From positions 39,638 to 103,637 of the forward strand of contig CAZQLN010000001.1 of the NCBI GenBank assembly GCA_964594215.1: a stretch of DNA of 64,000 nucleotides, in the 5' to 3' direction. A program made the translations under genes and the position numbers. The notes beneath the pieces were generated by a model. That model did not search any database and was not told the DNA's origin. It saw nothing but the letters and a program-made list of their open reading frames with translations. The DNA is from an uncultured Bdellovibrionales bacterium. GTDB lineage: Bacteria > Patescibacteriota > Minisyncoccia > Moranbacterales > UBA1568. This document shows, piece after piece, positions 47,489 to 58,110 of the stretch (position 1 is the first letter of the stretch; each line of letters begins with the position of its first letter).

Positions 47489-47800
47489 ATGGCGACAGAG
47501 TTTACTGATGCGAGTTTTGAAGCAGACGTTTTGAAGAGTGATAAGCCGGTGCTTGTTGACTTCTGGGCACCCTGGTGTGGACCATGCCGTATCTTAGGAC
47601 CAATCGTCGAAGAGCTAGCGGGTGAATTAGCAAATGTGAAAATCGGCAAGATCAATGTTGATGAAAATCCAGAGACTGCTCGCGCCTATGGCGTGATGTC
47701 TATTCCGACCATCAAGATTTTCAAGGATGGTCAGGTGGTAAAGGATTTTGTTGGAGTGCAGTCTAAGGACTTCTTGCAGGCAGAGCTTGCATCGGTCTAA
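47489..47800 (+). CDS. trxA: thioredoxin
   Basis: [14 protein letters not shown]. Confidence 0.95.
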   Translation: MATEFTDASFEADVLKSDKPVLVDFWAPWCGPCRILGPIVEELAGELANVKIGKINVDENPETARAYGVMSIPTIKIFKDGQVVKDFVGVQSKDFLQAELASV

Positions 47801-47848
47801 AGAAACGTAAAAGGTATTAAGACCAAAAGACGGTAAACATACAAAGCA

Positions 47849-48289
47849 ATGAAAATCTATAAGGAGCGGATAGATCTTGAAAGCAAAACCCAGATTCAGT
47901 TCATGGACATCACTAATCAGGTTCAGGAGATTATTGATCGTTCGGGAGTACGCGAAGGTCAAGTGACTATCTACGCACCACACACCACTATGGGAGTGGC
48001 TATCAATCACAATGAAGCCATGCTTTTGCAGGACTTCATGAGAATCTTCTACAAGCTCGTACCGGTAGATGATCAGTATAGCCATGATTTGTTTGAGCTT
48101 CGTCGAGGCAGTGATGCCGATGGACGGAGTAATGGTCATTCACACTGTAAAGCTTTTCTCTTGGGATCAAGTGAGACGGTACCAATCGAGCGCGGCAAGA
48201 TGATGCTTTCGGAGATTCAAAATATTTTTGCTGTTGAATTTGACGGTTCTCGCAAGCGCGATGTGATCGTTTCTATAATGGGCCTTTAA
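47849..48289 (+). CDS. YjbQ/UPF0047 family protein
   Basis: DIT, HTT, NE, NGHSH, EFDG. Confidence 0.9.
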   Translation: MKIYKERIDLESKTQIQFMDITNQVQEIIDRSGVREGQVTIYAPHTTMGVAINHNEAMLLQDFMRIFYKLVPVDDQYSHDLFELRRGSDADGRSNGHSHCKAFLLGSSETVPIERGKMMLSEIQNIFAVEFDGSRKRDVIVSIMGL

Positions 48290-48292
48290 ACT

Positions 48293-49306
48293 ATGAAAAA
48301 ATTTCTCCTCTTTGCCTTTGTAGTAACAGTAGGTGTGCTTGGAGTGACAGCGTATCTCGAATATCAGGCCTCATATGGTAAGGGGACTAACCTTACCCCT
48401 CAGTCTTTTGAGTTGGTCTCTGGTGTGGGTGTGCTTGATTTGGGTGCGCAACTGGAAAATAAGGGGATTATTAGTAGCCAGTATGCTTTTGCTTGGGAAG
48501 TGGCCACCAAAAGACTTTCTAGAAAACTGATTGCCGGAGAATATGAGTTGAGTGGGGAGCAGAGTATTCAGGCTATCTTAGTCACACTTACGACCGGTAA
48601 AGTAGTATCCCATGATGTGAAAGTGACTTTTCCTGAGGGATGGACTATGAAGCTGATGGCTGAGCGTTTGAATAAAAATGGCCTACCAGGAGATGCTTTC
48701 CTTGCTGAGGCGAGTAAACCAAGTCAGGCCTTGCGTGACAAGTATTCTTTTCTCAAAGGATTACCAACTAATGCGACTCTCGAGGGTTTTCTTTTTCCGG
48801 ATACGTATCGTTTTGCACCAGATGTTAGCGCTACAGAAATTATCGATACTATGCTTGGAACTTTCGGCAAGCGGTTCAGTCCAGATCTTCGCGAAGGTCG
48901 TATGAGTACCAAACACACATTATTCGAGATTGTCACACTCGCAAGTATTGTTGAAGAGGAGGGTCGCCTTGAAGAAGATCGTAAAATCATTGCCGATATC
49001 TTCTGGAAACGGTTGGCCGCAGGACAGGCTTTTCAGAGTGACGCCACTGTCAATTACGTTTTAGGGTCACTCAAGGAGCAGCCTACTCTCAAGGATATCG
49101 AAGTTGATTCACCCTACAATACCTATAAGTATGCTGGTCTTCCGCCAGGACCAATCAGTAATCCAAGTTTGATATCACTTCGTGCAGCCGTCAATCCGAC
49201 GCCCAATGACTACTTTTATTTCTTGAATAATCTGGAAACCAAAGAGATGTATTTTGCCAAGACTTTTGAGGAGCATGTCGAGAATCGACGTGTTCATGGT
49301 CTCTAG
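48293..49306 (+). CDS. mltG: endolytic transglycosylase
   Basis: LEGFLFPDTY, LASIVEEE, QSDAT, SPYNTY..GLPPGPISNP. Confidence 0.93.
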   Translation: MKKFLLFAFVVTVGVLGVTAYLEYQASYGKGTNLTPQSFELVSGVGVLDLGAQLENKGIISSQYAFAWEVATKRLSRKLIAGEYELSGEQSIQAILVTLTTGKVVSHDVKVTFPEGWTMKLMAERLNKNGLPGDAFLAEASKPSQALRDKYSFLKGLPTNATLEGFLFPDTYRFAPDVSATEIIDTMLGTFGKRFSPDLREGRMSTKHTLFEIVTLASIVEEEGRLEEDRKIIADIFWKRLAAGQAFQSDATVNYVLGSLKEQPTLKDIEVDSPYNTYKYAGLPPGPISNPSLISLRAAVNPTPNDYFYFLNNLETKEMYFAKTFEEHVENRRVHGL

Positions 49307-49324
49307 CATTTTGAAGTTACCAAC

Positions 49325-50389
49325 ATGCAGAATATTTTTAGTGAACGAATAGGGCTAGCATCACTCTTTCTTTTATTTGTCTTTTCTTTGTTTGGCTGGT
49401 ATAGCCTCTTTCATGGTACCTTCGCTGGTTATGGCAGTCTCACCCTCTCACTTCTCTTGGGTTTTTCTTTTGCTTGCATTTTCTTTTTTCTGGGAGCTAT
49501 TCTTTGGCATGAGCGTTATGAACGCATTCTTGGTGCGGCCTTGCCCTTTCTTCCAGTCATTTTCTTTGCCCAAGAACTGATTATTGTTTTAGCTATCTTA
49601 GCAGCTATACTTCTCACTTATTTGGCTATCCACTTGATCCGCAAAGAAAAGAGCGAAAGAATCCGCTTTCAGTACTTTCGTGTTAATCAGGCTGGACAGG
49701 TATATTTCGTCACAGCCCTAGCGCTTACCATTTCAGTCGCTTATTTTACGCTGATTCGTCAGGCTTCTTGGGAAGAATTGGTTCCAAAACTTCGTTTGGG
49801 CGAGAGTAGTACGACGCTGCTTCTACGAACACTTTCTACTTGGCAACCAGAACTAGCGACTGTCAAGAATGAGGGGCTCACTGTTGATGAGTATCTGATG
49901 AGTCTTACTGAGGAAGGAAGAGAACAGGCTCAAAATCAGAAGGCAGATGATCAGCTACTTTCTTTTGAGGTGTCTTTGGTACCGGGTATTGAAGAGAATC
50001 TACGAGAAGCGGGTCTTACCTTAGCTGATGTAAGAACATCTCCTCAAGCCAAGGCTTTCTATTTAGAGAGTGGTCATCGTCACTTTACGTGGTTAGTGGG
50101 AGGGGAAGTGAAGGGTAATGAACCGATCAACGCGGTAGTTTCTCAAGTTATTCAGCGTAAGATTATTCGTACTCTTGATGGTACGGGTCAGGCCACAAGG
50201 TTGTCTTCAGATACGGTACCGACCGCTATTGCCGTAGTTTTGTTTCTAGCCCTGATTCCACTAGGGACATTGCTGGGCTATTTTTGGTTATCTTTGGGTT
50301 ATCTATTTTTTCTCCTCCTCCTGCGCACCAATCAGCTTGAGATTCGCGAGCATCTCGATGAAGTAGAAGAACTTGAGGTCACCCACTAG
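49325..50389 (+). CDS. hypothetical multi-pass membrane protein
   Basis: About five N-terminal TMs, a soluble loop, C-terminal TMs. Confidence 0.75.
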   Translation: MQNIFSERIGLASLFLLFVFSLFGWYSLFHGTFAGYGSLTLSLLLGFSFACIFFFLGAILWHERYERILGAALPFLPVIFFAQELIIVLAILAAILLTYLAIHLIRKEKSERIRFQYFRVNQAGQVYFVTALALTISVAYFTLIRQASWEELVPKLRLGESSTTLLLRTLSTWQPELATVKNEGLTVDEYLMSLTEEGREQAQNQKADDQLLSFEVSLVPGIEENLREAGLTLADVRTSPQAKAFYLESGHRHFTWLVGGEVKGNEPINAVVSQVIQRKIIRTLDGTGQATRLSSDTVPTAIAVVLFLALIPLGTLLGYFWLSLGYLFFLLLLRTNQLEIREHLDEVEELEVTH

Positions 50390-50403
50390 GCCCGAGGAGA
50401 TAA

Positions 50404-50430
50404 TTAGCACTCATGGTAAGAGATTGCTAA
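50404..50430. promoter_or_regulatory. CIRCE operator (HrcA site)
   Basis: TTAGCACTC-N9-GATTGCTAA, one mismatch to consensus, 50 nt upstream of dnaJ. Confidence 0.85.
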
Positions 50431-50480
50431 TTTTTTAGTTTTCCGATATACTGGGTTACAAGAATATTGAATGCAGATAT

Positions 50481-51560
50481 ATGCCTAAAGACTATTATCA
50501 AACCCTTGGAGTGGCTAAGAATGCCTCTCAAGACGAAATTAAGAAAGCTTTCCGTAAGCTCGCTCATACCCATCATCCAGACAAAGGAACAGGGGATGAA
50601 GCTAAGTTTAAGGAAATCAATGAGGCCTATCAGGTGCTTTCTGACGAGAAGAAGCGTAGCCAATATGATAATTATGGCCAGACTTTTAGTGGGCAAGGAC
50701 CACAAGGTGGCGGCCCTGGCGGCGGTTTTGGTGGTTTCGAAGGCTTCGATTTTAGTAATTTTGCTGGTCAGGGTGGTTTTGAGGATTTATTCGGAGATAT
50801 GTTTGGCGGTGGCCGAAGATCTCGACAGACCGGTCGCGGTCAAGATATTCAAGTAGACATAGAGATCAGTTTCGAAGATATGGTACGTGGTGTGAAGCGT
50901 GATATCCGTTTGCGAAAATATGTGACCTGTAAAACTTGTGCTGGAAGTGGCGGTGAAAAAGGCAGTGAAGAGGTGACCTGTACAGCCTGTAACGGTAATG
51001 GTCAAGTACGTAAGACCATGCAAACAATTCTAGGTGCTTTTCAGCAAGTAGTGACTTGTGATGTTTGTCAGGGTCGAGGCAAGAAACACTCCAAGAATTG
51101 TCATGTCTGTCATGGTCATGGTCGTGTCCAAGAAGAAGAGAATATCACTATTGATATTCCAGCCGGTATTGACACTGGTCAGGCACTCTCTCTTCAGGGT
51201 AAGGGACATGCTGGTGAACACGGTGCCACAGCTGGAGATCTCATTGTAGAGATTTATGTGAAAAAGCACGCAACACTCACTCGTCGAGGTGAACAGATTC
51301 TTTCAAGCGAAGCGTTGAGTTTTGTCGATATGGCTTTGGGCGCTAGTGTGCCAGTGCTGACTATTGATGGTGAAGTGACTATCAAAATTCCAGCGGGCAC
51401 ACAGCCAGGAGAAGTGTTCCGTATTCGCGGTAAGGGTGTACCACATCTCCATGGTCGTGGTCGGGGAGATCATCTAGTGACAGTATCAGTCTCTGTTCCG
51501 AAGAAGCTTTCCAAAAATGCCAAAAAAACTCTCGAGAGTCTCAAAGAAGAAGGGATATAA
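50481..51560 (+). CDS. dnaJ: chaperone DnaJ
   Basis: J domain HPD, G/F-rich region, four CxxCxGxG repeats. Confidence 0.97.
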   Translation: MPKDYYQTLGVAKNASQDEIKKAFRKLAHTHHPDKGTGDEAKFKEINEAYQVLSDEKKRSQYDNYGQTFSGQGPQGGGPGGGFGGFEGFDFSNFAGQGGFEDLFGDMFGGGRRSRQTGRGQDIQVDIEISFEDMVRGVKRDIRLRKYVTCKTCAGSGGEKGSEEVTCTACNGNGQVRKTMQTILGAFQQVVTCDVCQGRGKKHSKNCHVCHGHGRVQEEENITIDIPAGIDTGQALSLQGKGHAGEHGATAGDLIVEIYVKKHATLTRRGEQILSSEALSFVDMALGASVPVLTIDGEVTIKIPAGTQPGEVFRIRGKGVPHLHGRGRGDHLVTVSVSVPKKLSKNAKKTLESLKEEGI

Positions 51561-51647
51561 AATAGTAACTGGGTGTTGACACGGAGCCTCTTGTATGGGA
51601 TCATCAGGTGTCCAAATCCTGGACAGCGCAATTATAGGAGAATAGTT

Positions 51648-52316
51648 ATGCGCTCTGTTCTTTTGTCGGTTTTGGCCGTCGCGCTCGCAGCTTGTAGTAG
51701 CTCTGAGCAAAGTAAGCAAACCATTGTTCCAGAGACAGATACAGCATCTGCGCTCGATGATGGGCAGCTGGCATCCGGTGTTGATCCTCATAGTCTTGAG
51801 GCGTATACAGCACCTTGTGGTGAAATTGGTGATCCTGGATACAAAGCCTGCACAGCTGCCGCTATCGAAAATCACCTGAAAGTCGAAGAGGGCATTCCTA
51901 CGGACGCTGAATTTCAAGCAGCGATGACAGAATCGTCTTCCCTCAAAGCTTATATAGCCTGGGATACGGCGTGGCGTCGCCAAACCAAAGGAGGTCATTC
52001 CCCTGGCGGCAATGGCTCAGCTAGCCTCTGCAAGGCAATGGCTGATGTGGGTTTGGGTTGTTCCTATATGGATCGTGCCAATCTGGTGGAATACCTTTTG
52101 GGTCAGGGGACAGACCTACTTCCCTGCAAGGGAGGTTCGAATCCCTACACTGTCGATAGGTGTGATGATCCCGACCACCAGGGTCTGGAAAATCGTGGTA
52201 ACTTTATTGGCCGTGCAATCCAAAACACTATCCTGGAAAAGAGTATTCGCAAGAATGCTCACCTTTTCAAGAATGGTGACCTGAGTTCAAGCGCCGCTCG
52301 TCAGTGGCAAGCATAG
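51648..52316 (+). CDS. orphan lipoprotein, Cys-rich
   Basis: AGGAG SD, lipobox LAA|C, six further Cys. Confidence 0.7.
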   Translation: MRSVLLSVLAVALAACSSSEQSKQTIVPETDTASALDDGQLASGVDPHSLEAYTAPCGEIGDPGYKACTAAAIENHLKVEEGIPTDAEFQAAMTESSSLKAYIAWDTAWRRQTKGGHSPGGNGSASLCKAMADVGLGCSYMDRANLVEYLLGQGTDLLPCKGGSNPYTVDRCDDPDHQGLENRGNFIGRAIQNTILEKSIRKNAHLFKNGDLSSSAARQWQA

Positions 52317-52453
52317 GAGTAGAGATCAATGAATCAAACAAGGACCCGAAGGCTTCGCGCCCGAGGGTTCTTTTGTATATACAATACAGAAGGACTTTCT
52401 CTAGTCACGTAAGCTCTTTTCCTATACTCTAAAGACTGATACGAATACCCTTT

Positions 52454-54151
52454 ATGCGTTGGCACTATAAACAAAAAACCATTCCTCAGGCTCTTGACTC
52501 GGCTTATCATCCAGTTATCGAAGCCCTCTTTCAGGATCGAGGACTGCTTACCTCTGCGGAACGAGAACTTTTTCTGACACCAGATTATGATCGTGATACC
52601 CATGATCCTTTTTTGTTTTCTCAGATGGAGCGGGTAGTGGAGCGTTTTGCTCTTGCTCTTGAGAAGGGTGAACGAGTGGGGATTTTCGGTGATTTTGACG
52701 CCGATGGAGTGACGTCATCGGTAGTGATGCGTGAAGCTCTGGATGATTTAGGTATTGAGAATGTTGTTTATATCCCGGAAAAAATTGCTGAGGGACACGG
52801 TCTTCATACCAACGCCGTAGAATACTTCAAAGATGAGGAAGTCAGTCTGTTAGTGACACTTGATTGTGGCATGATGAATCATAGAGAGATTGAACTGGCT
52901 AATAGTCAGGGTATGGATGTAATCGTGATTGATCATCATCATGTGCCAGAGGTATTACCCGAGGCTTTTGCGATTATCAATCCGAAACTATTGGATGAGA
53001 CGTATCCTTTTCGAGAGCTTTGTGGAGCAGGGACAACCTTCAAGGTAGTGGAAGCTCTGTATAAGCGGCTCAAACCAGAACGAAGCGAACAACTGAAATG
53101 GCTTCTCGATGTAGTGGCGACCGGTACCGTAGCTGATGTCATGCCTCTTATTGGCGAGAATAGGGTTTTGGTTAAGTATGGCTTGATGGTACTTGGTAAA
53201 ACGAGGCGACCAGGCTTTCAGGCCATGATCGAAACAGGGAGGCTGCTTTTCGGCGAACATACTCCGCCAACGGCTCGCGATATCGGTTTTCAGATAGCAC
53301 CACGTATCAACGCTGCTTCGCGTATGGCTCATGGGATGTTGGCTCATGATCTTCTGGTGAGTAAAACCCTAGAGAGCGCTCGACCACTTTCAGTAGAACT
53401 AGAAAAACACAACGTGGCTCGCCGTAAGATTAGCACTACTACCGCAGAAGAAGTTAAAACCAAAGCGCTGACAGAGTTTGGTGATAAGAAGTTTATTTTT
53501 GCGGTATCAGAAAGTTATCCGTATGGGATCGTAGGACTCATCGCTGGGAAAATCGCCAATGAGCTTCGTAAACCGACAGCGGTGCTGACCAAAGGTGAAA
53601 CAGAGAGTAAGGGCTCGTTTCGGAGTATTCCGGAGTTCAATGTTATCGAATCTCTGGAGACTTGTGCGGATATTTTGGTTAAATACGGAGGGCATGCTCA
53701 GGCGGCAGGTATGACTATCAAAAATGAACACCTGGATACCTTCTATGAGCGTTTCAACGCCTTGGCAGTAGAAAAGCTAGCTGATATTGACACCGAACCC
53801 AAGCTGACGCTTGATATGCCAGTAGCCTTTGAACATCTGACCAAAGCTTTGTATCGAGACCTCAGTCGTTTCGCACCTTTTGGTGAGGGTAATCCGGAAC
53901 CAGTTTTTGGGTTAGAGGATGTCGTAGTTGATGATGTACGTTTTGTAGGTAATGGAGAAAAGCATTTGAAACTGAGATTAAAGACTGAGACAGGTGGCAA
54001 GGTCCTAGACGCTATTGCTTTTAATCTCGGCTCTCAGTTTGGCGAGCTTAAGATTGGGGAGAGGATTAAAATAGCCTTTACCCTTGATGAGAATACCTGG
54101 AATGGGAATACGAGCCTTCAGCTCAAGATAGTGGATATTATCACTCAATAA
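52454..54151 (+). CDS. recJ: ssDNA-specific exonuclease
   Basis: GDFDADG, DCG, DHH, GTVAD, PRINAA, GGH..AAG, PFGEGNPEP. Confidence 0.96.
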   Translation: MRWHYKQKTIPQALDSAYHPVIEALFQDRGLLTSAERELFLTPDYDRDTHDPFLFSQMERVVERFALALEKGERVGIFGDFDADGVTSSVVMREALDDLGIENVVYIPEKIAEGHGLHTNAVEYFKDEEVSLLVTLDCGMMNHREIELANSQGMDVIVIDHHHVPEVLPEAFAIINPKLLDETYPFRELCGAGTTFKVVEALYKRLKPERSEQLKWLLDVVATGTVADVMPLIGENRVLVKYGLMVLGKTRRPGFQAMIETGRLLFGEHTPPTARDIGFQIAPRINAASRMAHGMLAHDLLVSKTLESARPLSVELEKHNVARRKISTTTAEEVKTKALTEFGDKKFIFAVSESYPYGIVGLIAGKIANELRKPTAVLTKGETESKGSFRSIPEFNVIESLETCADILVKYGGHAQAAGMTIKNEHLDTFYERFNALAVEKLADIDTEPKLTLDMPVAFEHLTKALYRDLSRFAPFGEGNPEPVFGLEDVVVDDVRFVGNGEKHLKLRLKTETGGKVLDAIAFNLGSQFGELKIGERIKIAFTLDENTWNGNTSLQLKIVDIITQ

Positions 54152-54190
54152 AGTCCTAGAAATGACTATATTGTGCTATAATAGGCCTAT

Positions 54191-54619
54191 ATGGAAAAAA
54201 TTGTCATGTATTCTGATGGTGGTTCACGGGGCAACCCAGGACCCTCGGCTCTTGGTGTGTATATAGAAACTCTCGATAAGCAATTTGGAGAGTTTTTGGG
54301 TATCAAGACCAATAATGAAGCAGAATATCTGGCTATTGTAGCGGGCTTGAAAAAAATCAAGGCGGTTGTCGGTAAAGCGAGGGCTAAGAATACAGAAGTA
54401 GAGTGTCGGATGGATAGTGAGCTGGCGGTACGTCAACTGACTCACCAGTACAAAGTGGAAAAAGAGCATATTCAGAAATTGTGCTTTTTGGTCTGGAATC
54501 TCACTCATGATTTTGCCAGAGTAACTTTTGTGCATGTACCTCGTGAGAAAAACACAATTGCTGATGCTATGGCTAACCAAGCTATGGACGAGGCAGCAAG
54601 TAAGGTCACTCTTCTCTAA
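54191..54619 (+). CDS. rnhA: ribonuclease HI
   Basis: DGGSRGNPG, TNNEAEY, DSEL, HVPREKN..AD. Confidence 0.92.
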   Translation: MEKIVMYSDGGSRGNPGPSALGVYIETLDKQFGEFLGIKTNNEAEYLAIVAGLKKIKAVVGKARAKNTEVECRMDSELAVRQLTHQYKVEKEHIQKLCFLVWNLTHDFARVTFVHVPREKNTIADAMANQAMDEAASKVTLL

Positions 54620-54631
54620 CAAATATAGAAT

Positions 54632-55630
54632 ATGTGGAAATCAAAAAAATTCTGGATATGGCTGATTCTGATTGCTCTTGTAGGGGGAGGTCTCTACTAC
54701 TATTTTCGTCCAAAAGCTGTGGTACCTGAAACGGAAGATGTCCGTCGTGGGACCGTGGCCGAAACAATCTCAGTCACCGGAGAGGTGGTGCCAGGCACAT
54801 ACGCTGATCTCTCTTTTCAGCAGGTAGGAAGTCTTGTAGAGGTTTTAGTCAAAGATGGAGAGGCGGTAGAGAAAGGTCAGGCACTTGCTACGATAGAATC
54901 ACCAGTCCTTTCGGCCCAACTCCGTGAAGCTCGTGTGGCCTTGGAAGTTGCCGAAAAAACAGAAACTCTTGCCAGACGCAATTGGGATAGTCTCAAGCCA
55001 GAAGAACGCGAAGCCAAAAAACTAGCAACTGAACAGGCACGTGCTCAGGTAGAAACTGCTCGAGCTCAGATGATCAATAATACTTTGCGGGCGCCGTTCA
55101 GTGGTACAGTAACTAATCTTGAGGCGAGAGTAGGTGAAACAGTTGGGGTAAATGATAATATCATGCGTCTAGCAGTTGGGAATGAGCTTCAGGTGGAAGC
55201 GCGGATTCCGGAATCTGATATTGCTATGCTTCGTCCAGGGATGCGAGCGACTATGACCTTCGATGCTTTTCGTCAAGATGAAATTTTTGATGCAACTATT
55301 ACCACCATCGATACAGGAGCTACTATTATTGATGATGTTGTATCGTATACAATTACTATGAAACTCGACAGAGGTGATGATCGTTTGCGAGATGGGATGA
55401 CAGCTAATGTTGATATTGAGTCCGCTAAGAGCGAGAATGTATTAATTGTTTCGTATCGAGCTCTTGAACGAGATGGTGAACGTTATTTCGCCAATATTTT
55501 AGGAACAGATGGTAAAACCGACCGGCGCGAAGTGAAGATTGGTCTTGAGGGAGATGAGGGAGAGGTTGAAATTAAAAGTGGTCTCAAGGAGGGTGAAAAA
55601 GTGACTATTGGAGCCAAACAGAAGAAGTAG
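54632..55630 (+). CDS. membrane fusion protein (RND/MacA-like adaptor)
   Basis: TM, lipoyl halves (VKDGEAVEKGQ, LRAPFSG), LRDGMTA, SGLKEGE. Confidence 0.88.
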   Translation: MWKSKKFWIWLILIALVGGGLYYYFRPKAVVPETEDVRRGTVAETISVTGEVVPGTYADLSFQQVGSLVEVLVKDGEAVEKGQALATIESPVLSAQLREARVALEVAEKTETLARRNWDSLKPEEREAKKLATEQARAQVETARAQMINNTLRAPFSGTVTNLEARVGETVGVNDNIMRLAVGNELQVEARIPESDIAMLRPGMRATMTFDAFRQDEIFDATITTIDTGATIIDDVVSYTITMKLDRGDDRLRDGMTANVDIESAKSENVLIVSYRALERDGERYFANILGTDGKTDRREVKIGLEGDEGEVEIKSGLKEGEKVTIGAKQKK

Positions 55631-55649
55631 GAGGGGGAAAGTTTTAGGA

Positions 55650-55678
55650 TTGACTAAAACTAGCTTTTTTGCTATAAT
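55650..55678 (+). promoter_or_regulatory. rnpB promoter
   Basis: TTGACT-N17-TATAAT with TGn extension. Confidence 0.8.
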
Positions 55679-55693
55679 TATGCGGTTGTGGTT

Positions 55694-56095
55694 CTTTATC
55701 AAAACAGATCGGATTGCTACGCTTTGAGGCTATTTATAGTCTTAGGGTGAGGAAAGTCCGGACACCTGCCTTTATAGGGCAGCATGGTAGCGGGTAACCC
55801 CCGTCTCTGGTGACAGATGAGGTGCGAACAGTGACGCCTGAAGCGAAAGTGACAGGTATCCTCAGGTTAAATCTTAGGATAAATCTTTACGGTAACGTAG
55901 AGAATGAAACGGCTAAATCCTTACCTAGGTGCAAGGTCGCGTCGTTACGGAGAGCTCTATAGCTGAAGAATCAGAAGTAGAGTTCTCTGTAACGAAGAAC
56001 CGCAAAGATTTTAGGGGTAACTCTAAAACAAGAGAGATGGCAATCTCCGCCTAACGGCGGAACAGAATCCGGCTTATAGATCTGTTTTGATAAAG
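55694..56095 (+). ncRNA. rnpB: RNase P RNA
   Basis: GAGGAAAGTCCGG and ACAGAATCCGGCTTA (P4 strands), TGAAACGG, 17-bp P1 CTTTATCAAAACAGATC/GATCTGTTTTGATAAAG. Confidence 0.95.
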
Positions 56096-56127
56096 GATAA
56101 GAACATTTAGCTTTCAATGCATACAAG

Positions 56128-57552
56128 ATGAAACGCTCAGAGGTTTTTTTTAGTACTGCTCAGGTTCCGCTTGATTTTATTATGATCCTGCTTGCAGCTA
56201 CCACAGCTTATTTTCTACGTAGCTTACCTGCTTTTGAGGGCTACGTTTCCAAAGTTTTTAATCTCAGTTTTCCAGATTATATCTGGTCGGTGGCCTATAT
56301 CGCGCCACTTTTTCTAGTGGTTTTTGCTTTTGAAGGTTTGTATCGCATGCGCGTTACCCGACGTTTTTGGCCTGAGTTTTATCAGGTGGGTAAGGCTACA
56401 GGTCTTGGCCTTATCATTTTGATCATCATCATCTTTCTTAATAGGGAGTGGTTTTCATCACGTTTCGTAATTTTGTTTGGTTGGGGTTTCAGCGTGCTTT
56501 ACGTGGCGCTTACTCGTTTACTTGTCCAGCGTTTCCAAAAATGGCTACTGGTACATAAGCGTATCGGTGTCCATCGAGTACTTCTCATTGGCGATAATGA
56601 CAAAGTTAAACGCGTCAAAAGGATTTTTCAAAAAAATAAAGCCCTAGGATATACCGTAGTTGATCAAATAGACAATGCCAGTGTTGCTCATATCAAAGAC
56701 ATTCGTGCGGTACGTGGTATCGATGAGATTATTGTTGGCGATACCAGTCTGACTGACGAAGAATTAGCAAAACTGTTTGACTATTGTCAGATCAACAACA
56801 TCACGTACAAATATTTACCGACTACCATGCAAACATCTCGTTTTAGCATGAATGTTTTTTTTGGTGAACCAATGATTGAGTATCAGCATACGCCACTTGA
56901 TGGGTGGGGAAGGGTCTGGAAGCGTCTCTATGATATTGTCGCGGGTACCTTTCTGACGGTTCTCTTTACACCACTTATGCTCCTAATTGCTCTGTTAATT
57001 AAATTAGAAGACAGCGCTGGGCCGATTATTTATAAAAATCGTCGTATCGGGGAGAATGGTAACATTTTCTATGTTTACAAGTTCCGCTACATGCAGTGGA
57101 AATACTGTATCACCAAAGAAAATCCGAACATGGCAGAGGCAGTAGAGTTTGAGAAAAAACTGATTGAGGAACGCAATGTTCGTAAGGGGGGTGTGTTGTA
57201 TAAGATCAAGGATGACCCTCGTCGGATGCGTATAGGCGCTTTCATTGAACGATTTTCTCTTGATGAGCTGCCTCAATTTTGGAATGTGTTACGTGGTGAT
57301 ATGAGTTTGGTTGGTCCGCGGCCACATCAAGAGCGCGAAGTTGAACAATACGCTGAATATCATCGTCGTCTCCTTACTATCAAGCCTGGTATTACTGGTA
57401 TGGCTCAGGTTTCTGGTCGTTCAGATTTACCTTTTGAAGATGAGTATCGTTTGGATATTTTCTATATTGAAAACTGGAACCTTCTGCTTGATGTGATCAT
57501 TTGTCTCAAAACTGCAGGTGCTCTCTTGAAGCGTCGTCGTAACATGAAATAG
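56128..57552 (+). CDS. polyprenyl-phosphate phosphoglycosyl transferase (WcaJ/CpsE-like)
   Basis: KR..D, KFRYM, DDPR, SLDELPQFWNVLRGDMSLVGPRP, KPGITG. Confidence 0.92.
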   Translation: MKRSEVFFSTAQVPLDFIMILLAATTAYFLRSLPAFEGYVSKVFNLSFPDYIWSVAYIAPLFLVVFAFEGLYRMRVTRRFWPEFYQVGKATGLGLIILIIIIFLNREWFSSRFVILFGWGFSVLYVALTRLLVQRFQKWLLVHKRIGVHRVLLIGDNDKVKRVKRIFQKNKALGYTVVDQIDNASVAHIKDIRAVRGIDEIIVGDTSLTDEELAKLFDYCQINNITYKYLPTTMQTSRFSMNVFFGEPMIEYQHTPLDGWGRVWKRLYDIVAGTFLTVLFTPLMLLIALLIKLEDSAGPIIYKNRRIGENGNIFYVYKFRYMQWKYCITKENPNMAEAVEFEKKLIEERNVRKGGVLYKIKDDPRRMRIGAFIERFSLDELPQFWNVLRGDMSLVGPRPHQEREVEQYAEYHRRLLTIKPGITGMAQVSGRSDLPFEDEYRLDIFYIENWNLLLDVIICLKTAGALLKRRRNMK

Positions 57553-57613
57553 GGTTACGAATCTCCCAGGTCATTTATCTGTGTTATACTGGCATCAAGT
57601 AATACATACACTT

Positions 57614-57961
57614 ATGTCACTCATCATGCGTCTCGTTTTATCAGCTCTCGCTTTTCTTGCTGTTGCGAATCTGGTGCCAGGTATTACGGTGGCGAGTTTC
57701 TGGACAGCTCTTATCCTCGCTATCTTGTGGGGGATTATCGGAGTCACTGTGAAGCCCGTTGTGTTGATTCTTACTCTTCCAATCAATATTTTGACATTGG
57801 GGATTTTCACTTTTATTCTCAATGGTTTTTTCCTGTGGCTTCTCGGGGGTATCGTCAAAGGCTTCGAGGTTCGAGGTTTTTGGGTGGCAGTGCTTGGTGC
57901 TCTTGTCCTCTCTATCATCAATATGCTTATTCATTGGGCATTGGAACGTCTGAATAACTAA
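57614..57961 (+). CDS. YvlD/4-TMS 'phage holin' family membrane protein
   Basis: VKP...LTLPINILTLG.F...NG. Confidence 0.85.
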   Translation: MSLIMRLVLSALAFLAVANLVPGITVASFWTALILAILWGIIGVTVKPVVLILTLPINILTLGIFTFILNGFFLWLLGGIVKGFEVRGFWVAVLGALVLSIINMLIHWALERLNN

Positions 57962-57974
57962 GTGCCATCCAAAC

Positions 57975-58002
57975 AAAACCCTTCTCTCAGAGGAGGGTTT
58001 TT
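57975..58002 (+). terminator. intrinsic terminator
   Basis: AAAACCCTTCTC-TCA-GAGGAGGGTTTTT. Confidence 0.75.
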
Positions 58003-58110
58003 ATTTTTCAAAGAAGTGTTTTCTCTTGACAAAACCTCTAAATACCTGTATTAAGAGGACACAGTTCCTTGAATCAAAAGGTTCAAACAATCTGAAAATG
58101 GAGAGAGACA

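Noticed and set aside
57614-57961. Prophage suggested by a 'holin' gene
   Set aside because: The YvlD family is commonly chromosomal; no endolysin, structural or integrase genes nearby
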